Assembly (NCBI GenBank): GCA_045579665.1
Contig: JAZNMO010000128.1
Location: forward strand, 961 to 64,960
From: Lachnospiraceae bacterium
Lineage (GTDB): Bacteria > Bacillota > Clostridia > Lachnospirales > Lachnospiraceae
Length of the DNA stretch: 64,000 nt
Reading direction: 5' to 3'
The notes beneath the pieces were generated by a model, which searched no databases, had not been told where the DNA came from, and was given only the letters and a program-made list of their open reading frames with translations. Positions 1 through 8,864 of the stretch are shown here, in pieces (positions within the stretch are counted from its first letter, which is position 1; the number at the start of each line of letters is the position of its first letter). A program made the position numbers and the translations under genes.

Positions 1-13
1 CACCAGACCTTCA

Positions 14-1660
14 TTAGTAATAGATATCCTCCAAATTAGGATTATACTCCTGCAATGTATCTATGTAATCTTCAATATAAACAGTCTCTGCACCATCATC
101 CCATACACCATTCTTCACCTTCAAGAACGTAGTATCCGTGACATCCAGCGACCAAAGATTCTCATTATAGCTTAGATTTTCCATATCAATCCCTGCCATA
201 CAGTTCATTACATCAAAATACTGCAAATAAGGTAATGCCATAAACTTTTCTACACTATACGGAACGTAGCAATTATCTAAGGATAACCACTCTAGGTTAA
301 ATGCAAAAGTAATATAATCCCATGCGGATTCCTCAGCATAATAGCAATCACTAATCGATAAAGAATATAAATTAGGCATATAAGCTAAGAAGCTAAAATC
401 ATCCAGCATATAACTGCCAATGGAAAGGCTCTCCATATTGGTAAGAGATTTCAACGCCTGAAAATCTGCAATCATATCACCGTAGTAGATTCCAAGATTA
501 CGAAGCTGGGTAAGCATCACCAATGCATCAATGTTTTCAACCGACTCTGCGTTGATATATAGAGAAGTCAGATTACTAAATCTTTCAATTCCCTCCAGAT
601 TTGGTGCATCAAACATATCATACAGTGTCAAAGAAATTAACTGCTCAGGTGTCACATACTGCGCAATCTCATCCGGTGTCATAAAGGTTCCCAAGACAGA
701 AAGCTCTCCCATTCCACTCATAGAACCTACATCTACATAGTCATCCAAATAAAGAGTATGTAGACTCGGGAACACAGAAAAGTTCGTATTATCATAATCA
801 AATGACTCCAGAGAAACCTCGAAGTACTCTCCCCACTCAGGCTCTGCCTCTGTCAGCATTCCATAGCCTACTGCAGGCATATCGTATTCATCATAATAGA
901 AATCCATATATGTAATACTTGCAAATTCTTCCTCAGTCACAGTATCGTAGCTTTTACCAAATACCGTCTCTACAAACTCAATCATGCCATAGGACTGCGT
1001 ATCCAATACAGGATATTCCATGACCGGATACTCTTCTTCCGGCAAGACCGGAGCATCCATTCGATTCTCCTTAGACACAGATTCTAACAAGGCTGCCAAC
1101 TCCTCCAAATCATCAAAAGCAGTTTCCATACTCTCCATGCTTTCTACCGGAACCGGCATCTCTCCTAACTGGGAATCAATCTCAGAGCTAACCATCTGCT
1201 CAAAGGTAGAACTAAACTTCTGCATCATAACCCCGAGTACAGAAAGTAATCCAATGATAACCAAAGTAACAGTTACCGTTATCACAGCAACCACAGTTCC
1301 TGATGTTTTCTTTTTGTGCGTATTCTGGTAATTCGTACTTGAATAGTTTGTTTGATTGACTGCATACTGCTGATAATTATTTTCAAAAGTCGCATAGTTG
1401 TTTTCTGGTTTTGCTTCCTGTTTAACCTCCGGTTGGATATTAACGGCTTTGCTTTGTGTCTGAAGTTTCTCTTCCACCTTAGTCATCTTAGGTGGAAGCG
1501 CCTTCATATCAGGAGTCTTCTCCTCATCCTTAATATCCGCCTTATATTCTGCCCTATATCCACAGGCAGAACACATCAGCTTGCCATACAAATAGTCCAT
1601 TTCCTTCCCACACTGCGGGCACTTATTCTTATGCTCAATATCAAAAAATCCCATGTTCAC
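14..1660 (-). CDS. Zn-ribbon + single TM + leucine-rich-repeat membrane protein
   Basis: CPQC/CSAC at N-terminus, hydrophobic segment VVAVITVTVTLVIIGLLSVLG, repeated LxxLxxLxL motifs in C-terminal half. Confidence 0.75.
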   Translation of the reverse strand: MNMGFFDIEHKNKCPQCGKEMDYLYGKLMCSACGYRAEYKADIKDEEKTPDMKALPPKMTKVEEKLQTQSKAVNIQPEVKQEAKPENNYATFENNYQQYAVNQTNYSSTNYQNTHKKKTSGTVVAVITVTVTLVIIGLLSVLGVMMQKFSSTFEQMVSSEIDSQLGEMPVPVESMESMETAFDDLEELAALLESVSKENRMDAPVLPEEEYPVMEYPVLDTQSYGMIEFVETVFGKSYDTVTEEEFASITYMDFYYDEYDMPAVGYGMLTEAEPEWGEYFEVSLESFDYDNTNFSVFPSLHTLYLDDYVDVGSMSGMGELSVLGTFMTPDEIAQYVTPEQLISLTLYDMFDAPNLEGIERFSNLTSLYINAESVENIDALVMLTQLRNLGIYYGDMIADFQALKSLTNMESLSIGSYMLDDFSFLAYMPNLYSLSISDCYYAEESAWDYITFAFNLEWLSLDNCYVPYSVEKFMALPYLQYFDVMNCMAGIDMENLSYNENLWSLDVTDTTFLKVKNGVWDDGAETVYIEDYIDTLQEYNPNLEDIYY

Positions 1661-1690
1661 TCTCTCCCTCTTTTGTTATATAAATATCTG

Positions 1691-3208
1691 TTAAAACTGA
1701 CACTTAAATGGTTGTAACAATAATTGAACCGCCTTGCGATAAAACGGTCTCTTTTTCCAATCCTCCAAAGTAATCTCCCTGCACTCTTGCAATGTTTTGT
1801 TAAAATCTTCGTATATCTTATCCCGAACTTCAGAATCACAAAACCATACGCCACACTCATAATGCATATAAAAACTTCTAAAATCCATATTTACCGTTCC
1901 CAAGAAGCCGCTTGTTTCATTAATACACATCTTTGCATGAACAAATCCGGGGATATACTCGTATATATGTATTCCTTCTTTCAATAATGCTCCATAAGTC
2001 CATTCCGTAAACCACTTTGCCATTCTCTTCTCTGCAACACCAGGTGTGATAATTTTAATATTCACTCCGCTCTTTGCTGCAAGAGACAAACACTCCTTGG
2101 TTTCATCATCCAATACAAGATAAGGTGTCATGATTAACAGCTCCCTATCTGCCATATTCGCCATCAAATGAAACATATCTCTTGCCGGATTATCCGGATT
2201 ATTGGTTGGTCCATCTGCATAGGGCTGATAAACAGCCTCCGACTTATTCATATTCGTTGGTTCATATTTTTCAATATCGGTAAGCTTACGCTCCTTATCC
2301 CACATTCCCAGGAACGTAAGCGTAAGTCCCCATGTTGCCTCACCCTCCAGTCTAAGTGCAACATCCTTAATATGCTTTACATTGACTGCCATATTCGCAT
2401 GACGGTCTGTAATATTAATTCCTCCTGTATAAGAAATATTTCCATCTACAATCACGATATTCTGATGATTTCTATAGTGAAAATATTGTCTATGAAAATG
2501 TCTTTCAATGGAATTAAACTTCTTAATCTGAATCTTGTGCTTTTTCATCAGCTTTATACTGCTATCCGATAACTGAAAAATGGAACCGGCATCATCATAC
2601 ATTAACTTAATCTCGACACCTTCCAATGCTTTAAATTCAAGAATTTCACATATTTTATTCAGTAAATGTCCATCTGCAATCGTAAAACAACTGATAAATA
2701 TGAATTTCTTTGCATTTCGCAAATCCTTCAAAAGATGTTCAAATGCTTTCTCAGCAAAACAATAGTAATCCACCTTGGTATTTTGATATGCAGGGTATCC
2801 GTTATTACACAGATAATCAGATATTTTGTAGCAAGGCATTCCCATACTATGTATATACTCCTGCAATTCCGGTATCGGTCGTTTCAACGCTTTATAATAC
2901 TCTAAAGTTTCATGAATTTCATGATGATGGCGCTCATTAGAGCCTTCCTTTCCCCATAGCTCATACATCACATGACCGGAAATCGGAAGAAGCAAAATAA
3001 TGGCAAGCCACAATATTTTATATGCTGCATTGGTCTCCTCTGACATTAAATGGCAAAGTAAAAAAATACTGACAATCTCAATCAAAAAGTATACGGCTAC
3101 GGCGTTCATCTTCAGCCATTTTGGAAGCATCATAATAAAAACCATTTGCGCGATAACCAGCAAAATAATTGTCAGCACACGAATAATCGTATTAAAATGT
3201 TTAATCAT
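1691..3208 (-). CDS. cardiolipin synthase-like phospholipase D protein (degenerate HKD motifs)
   Basis: N-terminal TM helices/PLDc_N region; RNHQNIVIVDG..YTGGINI and HAKMCINE..GTVNMDFRS motifs. Confidence 0.85.
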   Translation of the reverse strand: MIKHFNTIIRVLTIILLVIAQMVFIMMLPKWLKMNAVAVYFLIEIVSIFLLCHLMSEETNAAYKILWLAIILLLPISGHVMYELWGKEGSNERHHHEIHETLEYYKALKRPIPELQEYIHSMGMPCYKISDYLCNNGYPAYQNTKVDYYCFAEKAFEHLLKDLRNAKKFIFISCFTIADGHLLNKICEILEFKALEGVEIKLMYDDAGSIFQLSDSSIKLMKKHKIQIKKFNSIERHFHRQYFHYRNHQNIVIVDGNISYTGGINITDRHANMAVNVKHIKDVALRLEGEATWGLTLTFLGMWDKERKLTDIEKYEPTNMNKSEAVYQPYADGPTNNPDNPARDMFHLMANMADRELLIMTPYLVLDDETKECLSLAAKSGVNIKIITPGVAEKRMAKWFTEWTYGALLKEGIHIYEYIPGFVHAKMCINETSGFLGTVNMDFRSFYMHYECGVWFCDSEVRDKIYEDFNKTLQECREITLEDWKKRPFYRKAVQLLLQPFKCQF

Positions 3209-3326
3209 TTACACAACCCTTTCTCATCTTAACTCTATCCTATGCAATCCCTAACACAGAATTGTTTCTATAATCCATTTTAATCGAACTTCTTACGATT
3301 GTCATCGTATATTTTGTCAAAAAACA

Positions 3327-3360
3327 AAAAAGAAGTAATTGCTACGAATCACTTCTTTTT
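3327..3360 (-). terminator. intrinsic terminator downstream of miaB
   Basis: AAAAAGAAGT...ACTTCTTTTT inverted repeat just after the miaB stop. Confidence 0.6.
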
Positions 3361-3367
3361 ATCAATA

Positions 3368-4822
3368 CTATATCATCTCACCTGTATAATAGAATCCATG
3401 GCACTCGGTAAGCTTCACATCCACTATCTTACCGATAAGACTTTCATCTCCCGGAAAATGAACAATGGTGTTGTTTGAAAGACGTCCTGTCACAAGACTC
3501 GCATCATGCTCATTCATCTCTTCGACCAATGCTGCCTGAATCTGTCCCTGCATTCTTCCCACACGGCTTCTTGCAGTCTCCTGAACTACCTTTAAAAGCT
3601 TATCAAAGCCTTCCTTAACCACATCCTCCGGCACCTGATTCTCCATTGCGGCAGCAGGTGTTCCTGTTCTCTTGGAATAGATAAATGTAAATGCATTGTC
3701 ATACTGCACTTCCTTTACAACAGAAATGGTCTCTTCTACATCTTCAGGTGTCTCGCCCGGGAATCCGACAATAATATCCGTCGTCAATGAAATATCAGGA
3801 ATCTCCTCACGAATCTTCTTGGCAAGTGCAAGGTACTGCTCCTTGGTATATCTTCTGTTCATTTCCTTCAGAATCCTTGTAGAGCCAGACTGCAATGGCA
3901 AATGCAGATGCTTACAAATCTTCTTGGAATTCTTCATTACTTCAATTAATTCATCAGATAAATCCTTAGGATGAGAAGTCATAAAACGGATTCTCTCCAA
4001 GCCTTCAATCTTCTCAACCTCCTGCAATAACTGTGCAAAGGTCATCGGTTCCTCAAGGTTCTTTCCATATGAGTTAACATTCTGTCCAAGCAGCATAACC
4101 TCTACTACACCCTCAGCCACAAGCTGCTCAATCTCACGGATAATATCCTTAGGATTACGGCTGCGCTCACGTCCTCTTACATAAGGAACGATACAGTAAC
4201 TACAGAAATTATTGCAACCAAACATAATATTAATGCCGGACTTAAACGGATACTTTCTCTCAACAGGAAGGTCTTCCACAATCTTATCAGTGTCCTCCCA
4301 TATATCAATTACCATGCGGTCTGAAGAATACATAGTATACAAAAGCTCTGCAAATTTAAAAATATTGTGTGTACCAAAAATCAAATTCACAAAAGAATAA
4401 CTCTTCTGAATCTTCTCAATGACAGACGGCTCCTGCATCATACAGCCACATAATGCAATCTTCTTCTCAGGATTTTTCTTCTTCATGCTGTGAAGAAATC
4501 CCAAACGGCCATATACTCGTTGATTCGCATTATCACGTACCGTACAGGTATTATAAATAACCAAATCAGCCGTTTCATCTTCAGTCACCTCATAACCAAT
4601 ATGCTCCAAGATACCAATCAGCTTTTCACTGTCTCTGGCATTCATCTGACAACCAAAGGTTTCAATTTTCGAGGTGGGTGTTCTGCCTAGTTTTTCGGCT
4701 TCTTTCTTAAGTACTCCCTGCATCTTTTTGATGAAGTAGTACTGTCTCATATGCTCGTCTGTAGGAATTGGAGCATTTACATCTATTTCAGCTAATATTG
4801 CTTGCATTTCAATCTTATTCAC
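3368..4822 (-). CDS. miaB: tRNA methylthiotransferase MiaB (chimeric: first ~54 codons prophage-derived)
   Basis: TFGCQMN, NTCTVR, GCMMQ, radical SAM CNNFCSYC, C-terminal TRAM-like region; GTG start. Confidence 0.95.
   Translation of the reverse strand: MNKIEMQAILAEIDVNAPIPTDEHMRQYYFIKKMQGVLKKEAEKLGRTPTSKIETFGCQMNARDSEKLIGILEHIGYEVTEDETADLVIYNTCTVRDNANQRVYGRLGFLHSMKKKNPEKKIALCGCMMQEPSVIEKIQKSYSFVNLIFGTHNIFKFAELLYTMYSSDRMVIDIWEDTDKIVEDLPVERKYPFKSGINIMFGCNNFCSYCIVPYVRGRERSRNPKDIIREIEQLVAEGVVEVMLLGQNVNSYGKNLEEPMTFAQLLQEVEKIEGLERIRFMTSHPKDLSDELIEVMKNSKKICKHLHLPLQSGSTRILKEMNRRYTKEQYLALAKKIREEIPDISLTTDIIVGFPGETPEDVEETISVVKEVQYDNAFTFIYSKRTGTPAAAMENQVPEDVVKEGFDKLLKVVQETARSRVGRMQGQIQAALVEEMNEHDASLVTGRLSNNTIVHFPGDESLIGKIVDVKLTECHGFYYTGEMI
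4641..4660. repeat. att core, left junction (TTCATCTGACAACCAAAGGT)
   Basis: 19/20 identical to 44914-44933; encodes the TFGCQMN motif of MiaB. Confidence 0.9.
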
Positions 4823-4864
4823 GTTTATCCCTAGCCTTTCTAAATATCACTTTCAAACGTGCTT

Positions 4865-4893
4865 ATTATATATGATTTTATGAAATAGTGCAA
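4865..4893 (-). promoter_or_regulatory. prophage-borne copy of miaB sigma70 promoter
   Basis: TTGCAC-N17-TATAAT on - strand; homologous to host copy at 45148-45176. Confidence 0.75.
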
Positions 4894-4927
4894 TAAAATA
4901 AGGAAGAGACAGTTTCCCATCTCTTCC
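4892..4927 (-). terminator. terminator after lysin
   Basis: GGAAGAGA...TCTCTTCC hairpin with T-rich tail on - strand; homologous to 45184-45220. Confidence 0.7.
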
Positions 4928-4932
4928 ATGTA

Positions 4933-5847
4933 TTAACAAATCTTCTTCCAAAGTGCTCTTGTGCATCTACCAACTTTGCCATCCGCTTCTAATCCAAGTA
5001 AGGCTTGTACTTCTTTGATAGCTTCAACATTCTTATCATCTATGATGCCGTTGATTAATGTATCATCCGGCACACCTGCACTGTTAACAAGTTTGCCAAA
5101 ACGATATAGATACCATAAAGTCCAATTTGCATCATTCCCCATTGTACCTGCTGTAACGGTAACTGTTGGTTCAGTGAACGGATTATACTCCACGGGAATC
5201 TCTTCCAGGATGTTTCGGAAAGGTTCGTTTTCAAACCAAACATTCAAATCTATGTATCCCTTTGCTCCGGGAATAATACATGTAGAACTAAACTGCCATC
5301 CATCCAAATCTAAGTTAGTAGGAAGGTTCTTTGTAGTTGGAATATCATCTGATACAATTCTAGCCTTTGTGCTAGGATATCTAGCCCACCAGAACGGTAT
5401 ATTACTTAATTCAGGCATATATCTCTTCAAACAAGGATTATAGAAGCTTCCACCTGTATAGATACCAAACTTCATACCTGCTGCCTCCGCTGTGTGGCGG
5501 TAGATATTTATGATATCCAATATCCTGCTTCCAAGTCCTCTCATGCAAGCATCTTCCAAGTCAAGCCACATCATATCAATGTCTTGCGATGTCGCAAGTT
5601 TTACAAAACTGTCAGATGCTTTCTTTGCCTTTTCTGGTGTATTAGCATAGCAATAATTGTACCCGCCAAGAATCGGGATGCCTGCTGCCTTAAATCCTGC
5701 CACATGCTCAAAGAAACGGGCATCAGCCACGTTTCCTGAGTTGTTAACTTTAACGATTGCATATTCTACTCCAGCATCCCGCACAGCATCATAATCTGTA
5801 ATCTGATTCCAGCGGGAAACATCTATACCTTTCTTCATTTTTCTCAT
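4933..5847 (-). CDS. endolysin, GH25 muramidase with C-terminal peptidoglycan-binding domain
   Basis: GIDVSRWN, LDLED, WQFSS..GYIDLN; C-terminal IKEVQ..LGLEADGKVG. Confidence 0.9.
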   Translation of the reverse strand: MRKMKKGIDVSRWNQITDYDAVRDAGVEYAIVKVNNSGNVADARFFEHVAGFKAAGIPILGGYNYCYANTPEKAKKASDSFVKLATSQDIDMMWLDLEDACMRGLGSRILDIINIYRHTAEAAGMKFGIYTGGSFYNPCLKRYMPELSNIPFWWARYPSTKARIVSDDIPTTKNLPTNLDLDGWQFSSTCIIPGAKGYIDLNVWFENEPFRNILEEIPVEYNPFTEPTVTVTAGTMGNDANWTLWYLYRFGKLVNSAGVPDDTLINGIIDDKNVEAIKEVQALLGLEADGKVGRCTRALWKKIC

Positions 5848-6293
5848 GTTGCATCCTCCATATCCATAGTATCTTCCATAGTTCCGTTAATCTTGTTCAG
5901 GATAGGGATAAGAAACGGTGGAATTTTAATACCGGCATCCCGAACATTTTCCAAAATGGAAATCATTTCGTTGACTGTAAGCCATACGGCAACTACGGTT
6001 CCTACGATGTACCCAATACTCCAATTAAATCCTAACTGCAAAGCAGCAAATTCCAGTAAGATGTCGAGCCATGCTCCTATTAATACCAGAATCCACATAC
6101 CAACCTTTTTAATAATTCCATGAATTCCCTTATAGCTGCTTATCTTCTCATTTCGGTATGGTGCTGCCATAAGTCCCGTAATGTAATCAAATACATTGCA
6201 GCCCACCAATAGGAATACTGGGATTGCTAAAATCCCTAACCAGCTCATAAGAGCAGATACAATAGCAATAATTTTCATTTTCAAATTGTCCAT
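5844..6293 (-). CDS. phage holin
   Basis: DYITGL..ISSYKGIHGIIKK..NEMISILENV..GIKIP; TM helices; adjacent to lysin. Confidence 0.9.
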   Translation of the reverse strand: MDNLKMKIIAIVSALMSWLGILAIPVFLLVGCNVFDYITGLMAAPYRNEKISSYKGIHGIIKKVGMWILVLIGAWLDILLEFAALQLGFNWSIGYIVGTVVAVWLTVNEMISILENVRDAGIKIPPFLIPILNKINGTMEDTMDMEDAT

Positions 6294-6304
6294 AACGTCT
6301 CTCC

Positions 6305-6757
6305 TTATATACTCTTTTTACTTCCCACTACCAAATAAGCGTTCACCGGCACACTAAAATTAAGATAATCACGATGGCTGTCATCCCCTGACTCATCGGA
6401 ATAGTATGATTCATTTATTTGAGCACTACATGTAAATATTCCTGTATTGGCATCATAGCCCTTAGTTACACTGAATGTTGATGTGTTTTCTATGTTTACA
6501 GCATAGTAACAATTAAAATCACCCTTGTTTGTTACATTAAGCGGTTCCAGTATAAAATTATCTACTGTAAACCCTGCATATCCTTTGATAGATGATACAT
6601 CAAACCGTGTCCCCTGCCCCAGATAATACACCTGACACCCACTCTTGATAGCATCGGCCATCTCTGAGAGAGCATATTTCTTCGATGTATTGTTTAATGT
6701 GCGAAGAGCATCGGAGATATCCGATAGAATAGTCTGTAATGATGATAATACATTCAT
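6305..6757 (-). CDS. phage hypothetical protein (tail region)
   Basis: 150-aa ORF coupled to neighbours in the late operon. Confidence 0.65.
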   Translation of the reverse strand: MNVLSSLQTILSDISDALRTLNNTSKKYALSEMADAIKSGCQVYYLGQGTRFDVSSIKGYAGFTVDNFILEPLNVTNKGDFNCYYAVNIENTSTFSVTKGYDANTGIFTCSAQINESYYSDESGDDSHRDYLNFSVPVNAYLVVGSKKSI

Positions 6758-7461
6758 TAATATGTACCTCCTAACACTTCTGTTAACTGTGCTATAAATG
6801 TTTCCAAACTTGATATCTTACCTGCATTTTGAGCAATCATAGCTCTGTTTTGCAGAATTTCATCCCATTGACTCGACATTGTTTCACCACCTGTATATGG
6901 CTCAAAATCATGCTTCTCTGTGCCCTTTTCCAGCATTACATTTGCATCTACACACGCCTGTTTGGTAGAGTAACCCACTGATGTCATATATAACACTCTA
7001 AAACTGGTACAAGTAGTATTGAACGTAAAAGCGGCAGACTTGGAAGCACTACTCAGTGTTTCAGTCGAAACAATATCGCCGGAATTGTTGTACTGATACA
7101 AATATACAGTATCATCACCTTCCATACTAAATGTATAACTATCACCGGCCACTATACCTGCCAACTCCATATCAATATCCACTGCATATCCTGTCGAAAC
7201 TTCAGTGAGTTTAGATACATCAAATAAGTTATATCCTTCATACCCTCCAAATTGACTATATAACGCATTAAGAGTAGCTATAATATCCTTTCCTGAACTA
7301 ATATCCATATCTCCTAATACATTTCTAAGCTCTAACATACCGGCTACAAGATTGACAATGCCATCTTCCATTTTTAATAAATTTTCTGCATTCAGCTTTG
7401 TTACTGTGGATGGATAATTCTTCCATCCGACCGGACTATATGTTATATCTTTATACTCCAT
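6757..7461 (-). CDS. tail/fibre-associated protein
   Basis: WKNYPS.T.LNAENL..MEDGI N-terminus; GYNLFD and MLEKGT....FEPY motifs typical of Firmicute phage fibre proteins. Confidence 0.6.
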   Translation of the reverse strand: MEYKDITYSPVGWKNYPSTVTKLNAENLLKMEDGIVNLVAGMLELRNVLGDMDISSGKDIIATLNALYSQFGGYEGYNLFDVSKLTEVSTGYAVDIDMELAGIVAGDSYTFSMEGDDTVYLYQYNNSGDIVSTETLSSASKSAAFTFNTTCTSFRVLYMTSVGYSTKQACVDANVMLEKGTEKHDFEPYTGGETMSSQWDEILQNRAMIAQNAGKISSLETFIAQLTEVLGGTY

Positions 7462-7471
7462 GGACTCCTCC

Positions 7472-8788
7472 TTACATTAACTCCATCACTGCATTTGCAA
7501 ACTGACTGACCGGCTTCTGCACCGTTAATTGTGCATACCCTAATGTGGTTCCATTAATATTTGTACAGTCGATAGCTATACGCAAATCTGACGCTGTGTT
7601 ATAACGCACCACTCCATTAAAATCCAGCACTTCACCAATCGTCGGCTGTTCTGCTACATACAGTACATTAATATTTCTTGTACCTAACCAGTCGATAAAT
7701 AAGTCATACTCTTTATCAGTCACCAATACCACATATCCCGGCATACGCTGGAATGCTACTCCATACAACGGTACAGCATTTATATCTGTGATTTCATAAC
7801 GGAAGTGGCTTGTCGTGTACCACACACCCTTCGGATTTCTAATAGCATCTGCCAATGGTGTGGCATATGCATGTAACTTTCCGGCAAATCCTGTATCGCT
7901 AAACAAATCAATCTCTGCCCATTCATTGTCATCTGACAGTGTTACTTCCTTAATCACTCTTTTCACATACAGCTCGGAATTAAGATAACATAACTCATCA
8001 TGATACCCCTGTACGCTTCTTAAAGGCTCTTTAAATCCTGCAATCTTAATACTGTCATCCACCCATTCAAATTCCGGAGAGTCACTCATCACCAATGATA
8101 TAGTCCCTGCTGTTCCAAGAGATACTGCCTCACATGGTGCTTCCGGTTCCGCCATTTCAGGATATGATGTATATCCATGAATATTGGTAACCAAGGCAAT
8201 ATTTTTCTCCTTTTCTAACACGATACTGTTCGATGTTGTTTCTTCAATGAGTGTTGCGGCTGTAACCTTTTGTGTTAATATCCGTGTACTCTCTGCACAT
8301 TCCGCAGATACAGCTTGCATAGCTGCTTTTGTAGTTGCAACAACCAACTCCGCCTTAACAGCTGCTTCCTGTGCCCTGATACAATACGTCTGTAAAGCAG
8401 AGTATTCATTTGTAGACTCAAGTACAGATTCGTCGAAAAGTCTTTCGTATACCCTTATCAAAAACACAGGTGAAGGAATTCGTGTCAGGTCCGGCAACGT
8501 TAAGATTACCTGGCATCTCACATCACCTACCTCCGCAATCAGCTGATTAGATACACTGTAGACAATTTCATCTCCAATTAAGGCACAATCATTATATACA
8601 TCCTTGCCATCCGGCTTGATTGCTGTAAGAGTGGCTATTGCACCATCTGGGATGGGATATGGTGTACCTCCGTTTAGCAATGTAATGTACAATGTGCGCC
8701 CTAAGGTTGTACCTTTGGCTATTGATACAGATGTGCGGATTTCTTCCTTGTCTAAATCAAGTCTGATTTTGTTTATCGTATCTTTCAT
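7472..8788 (-). CDS. BppU-like/receptor-binding tail protein
   Basis: N-terminal RTLYITLLNGG.PY.IP...A.L...KPDGK (BppU/DUF2479-like), coiled coil, C-terminal beta domain. Confidence 0.7.
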   Translation of the reverse strand: MKDTINKIRLDLDKEEIRTSVSIAKGTTLGRTLYITLLNGGTPYPIPDGAIATLTAIKPDGKDVYNDCALIGDEIVYSVSNQLIAEVGDVRCQVILTLPDLTRIPSPVFLIRVYERLFDESVLESTNEYSALQTYCIRAQEAAVKAELVVATTKAAMQAVSAECAESTRILTQKVTAATLIEETTSNSIVLEKEKNIALVTNIHGYTSYPEMAEPEAPCEAVSLGTAGTISLVMSDSPEFEWVDDSIKIAGFKEPLRSVQGYHDELCYLNSELYVKRVIKEVTLSDDNEWAEIDLFSDTGFAGKLHAYATPLADAIRNPKGVWYTTSHFRYEITDINAVPLYGVAFQRMPGYVVLVTDKEYDLFIDWLGTRNINVLYVAEQPTIGEVLDFNGVVRYNTASDLRIAIDCTNINGTTLGYAQLTVQKPVSQFANAVMELM

Positions 8789-8808
8789 GTTCTCACCTCC
8801 ATATGCTT

Positions 8809-8863
8809 AGATTAACAAAAGAGGGAAGTGTTTTACTCCCCTCTTTGGCCGAAACCTATGTTA
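8809..8863 (-). promoter_or_regulatory. conserved 31-bp phage promoter box, copy 1 (overlaps a terminator-like hairpin after the giant gene)
   Basis: TAACATAGGTTTCGGCCAAAGAGGGGAGTAA-N18-TAATCT on - strand. Confidence 0.7.
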
Positions 8864-8864
8864 C

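Noticed and set aside
6305-8788. Diversity-generating retroelement targeting tail genes
   Set aside because: No reverse transcriptase and no TR/VR pair differing at adenines was seen in the window.
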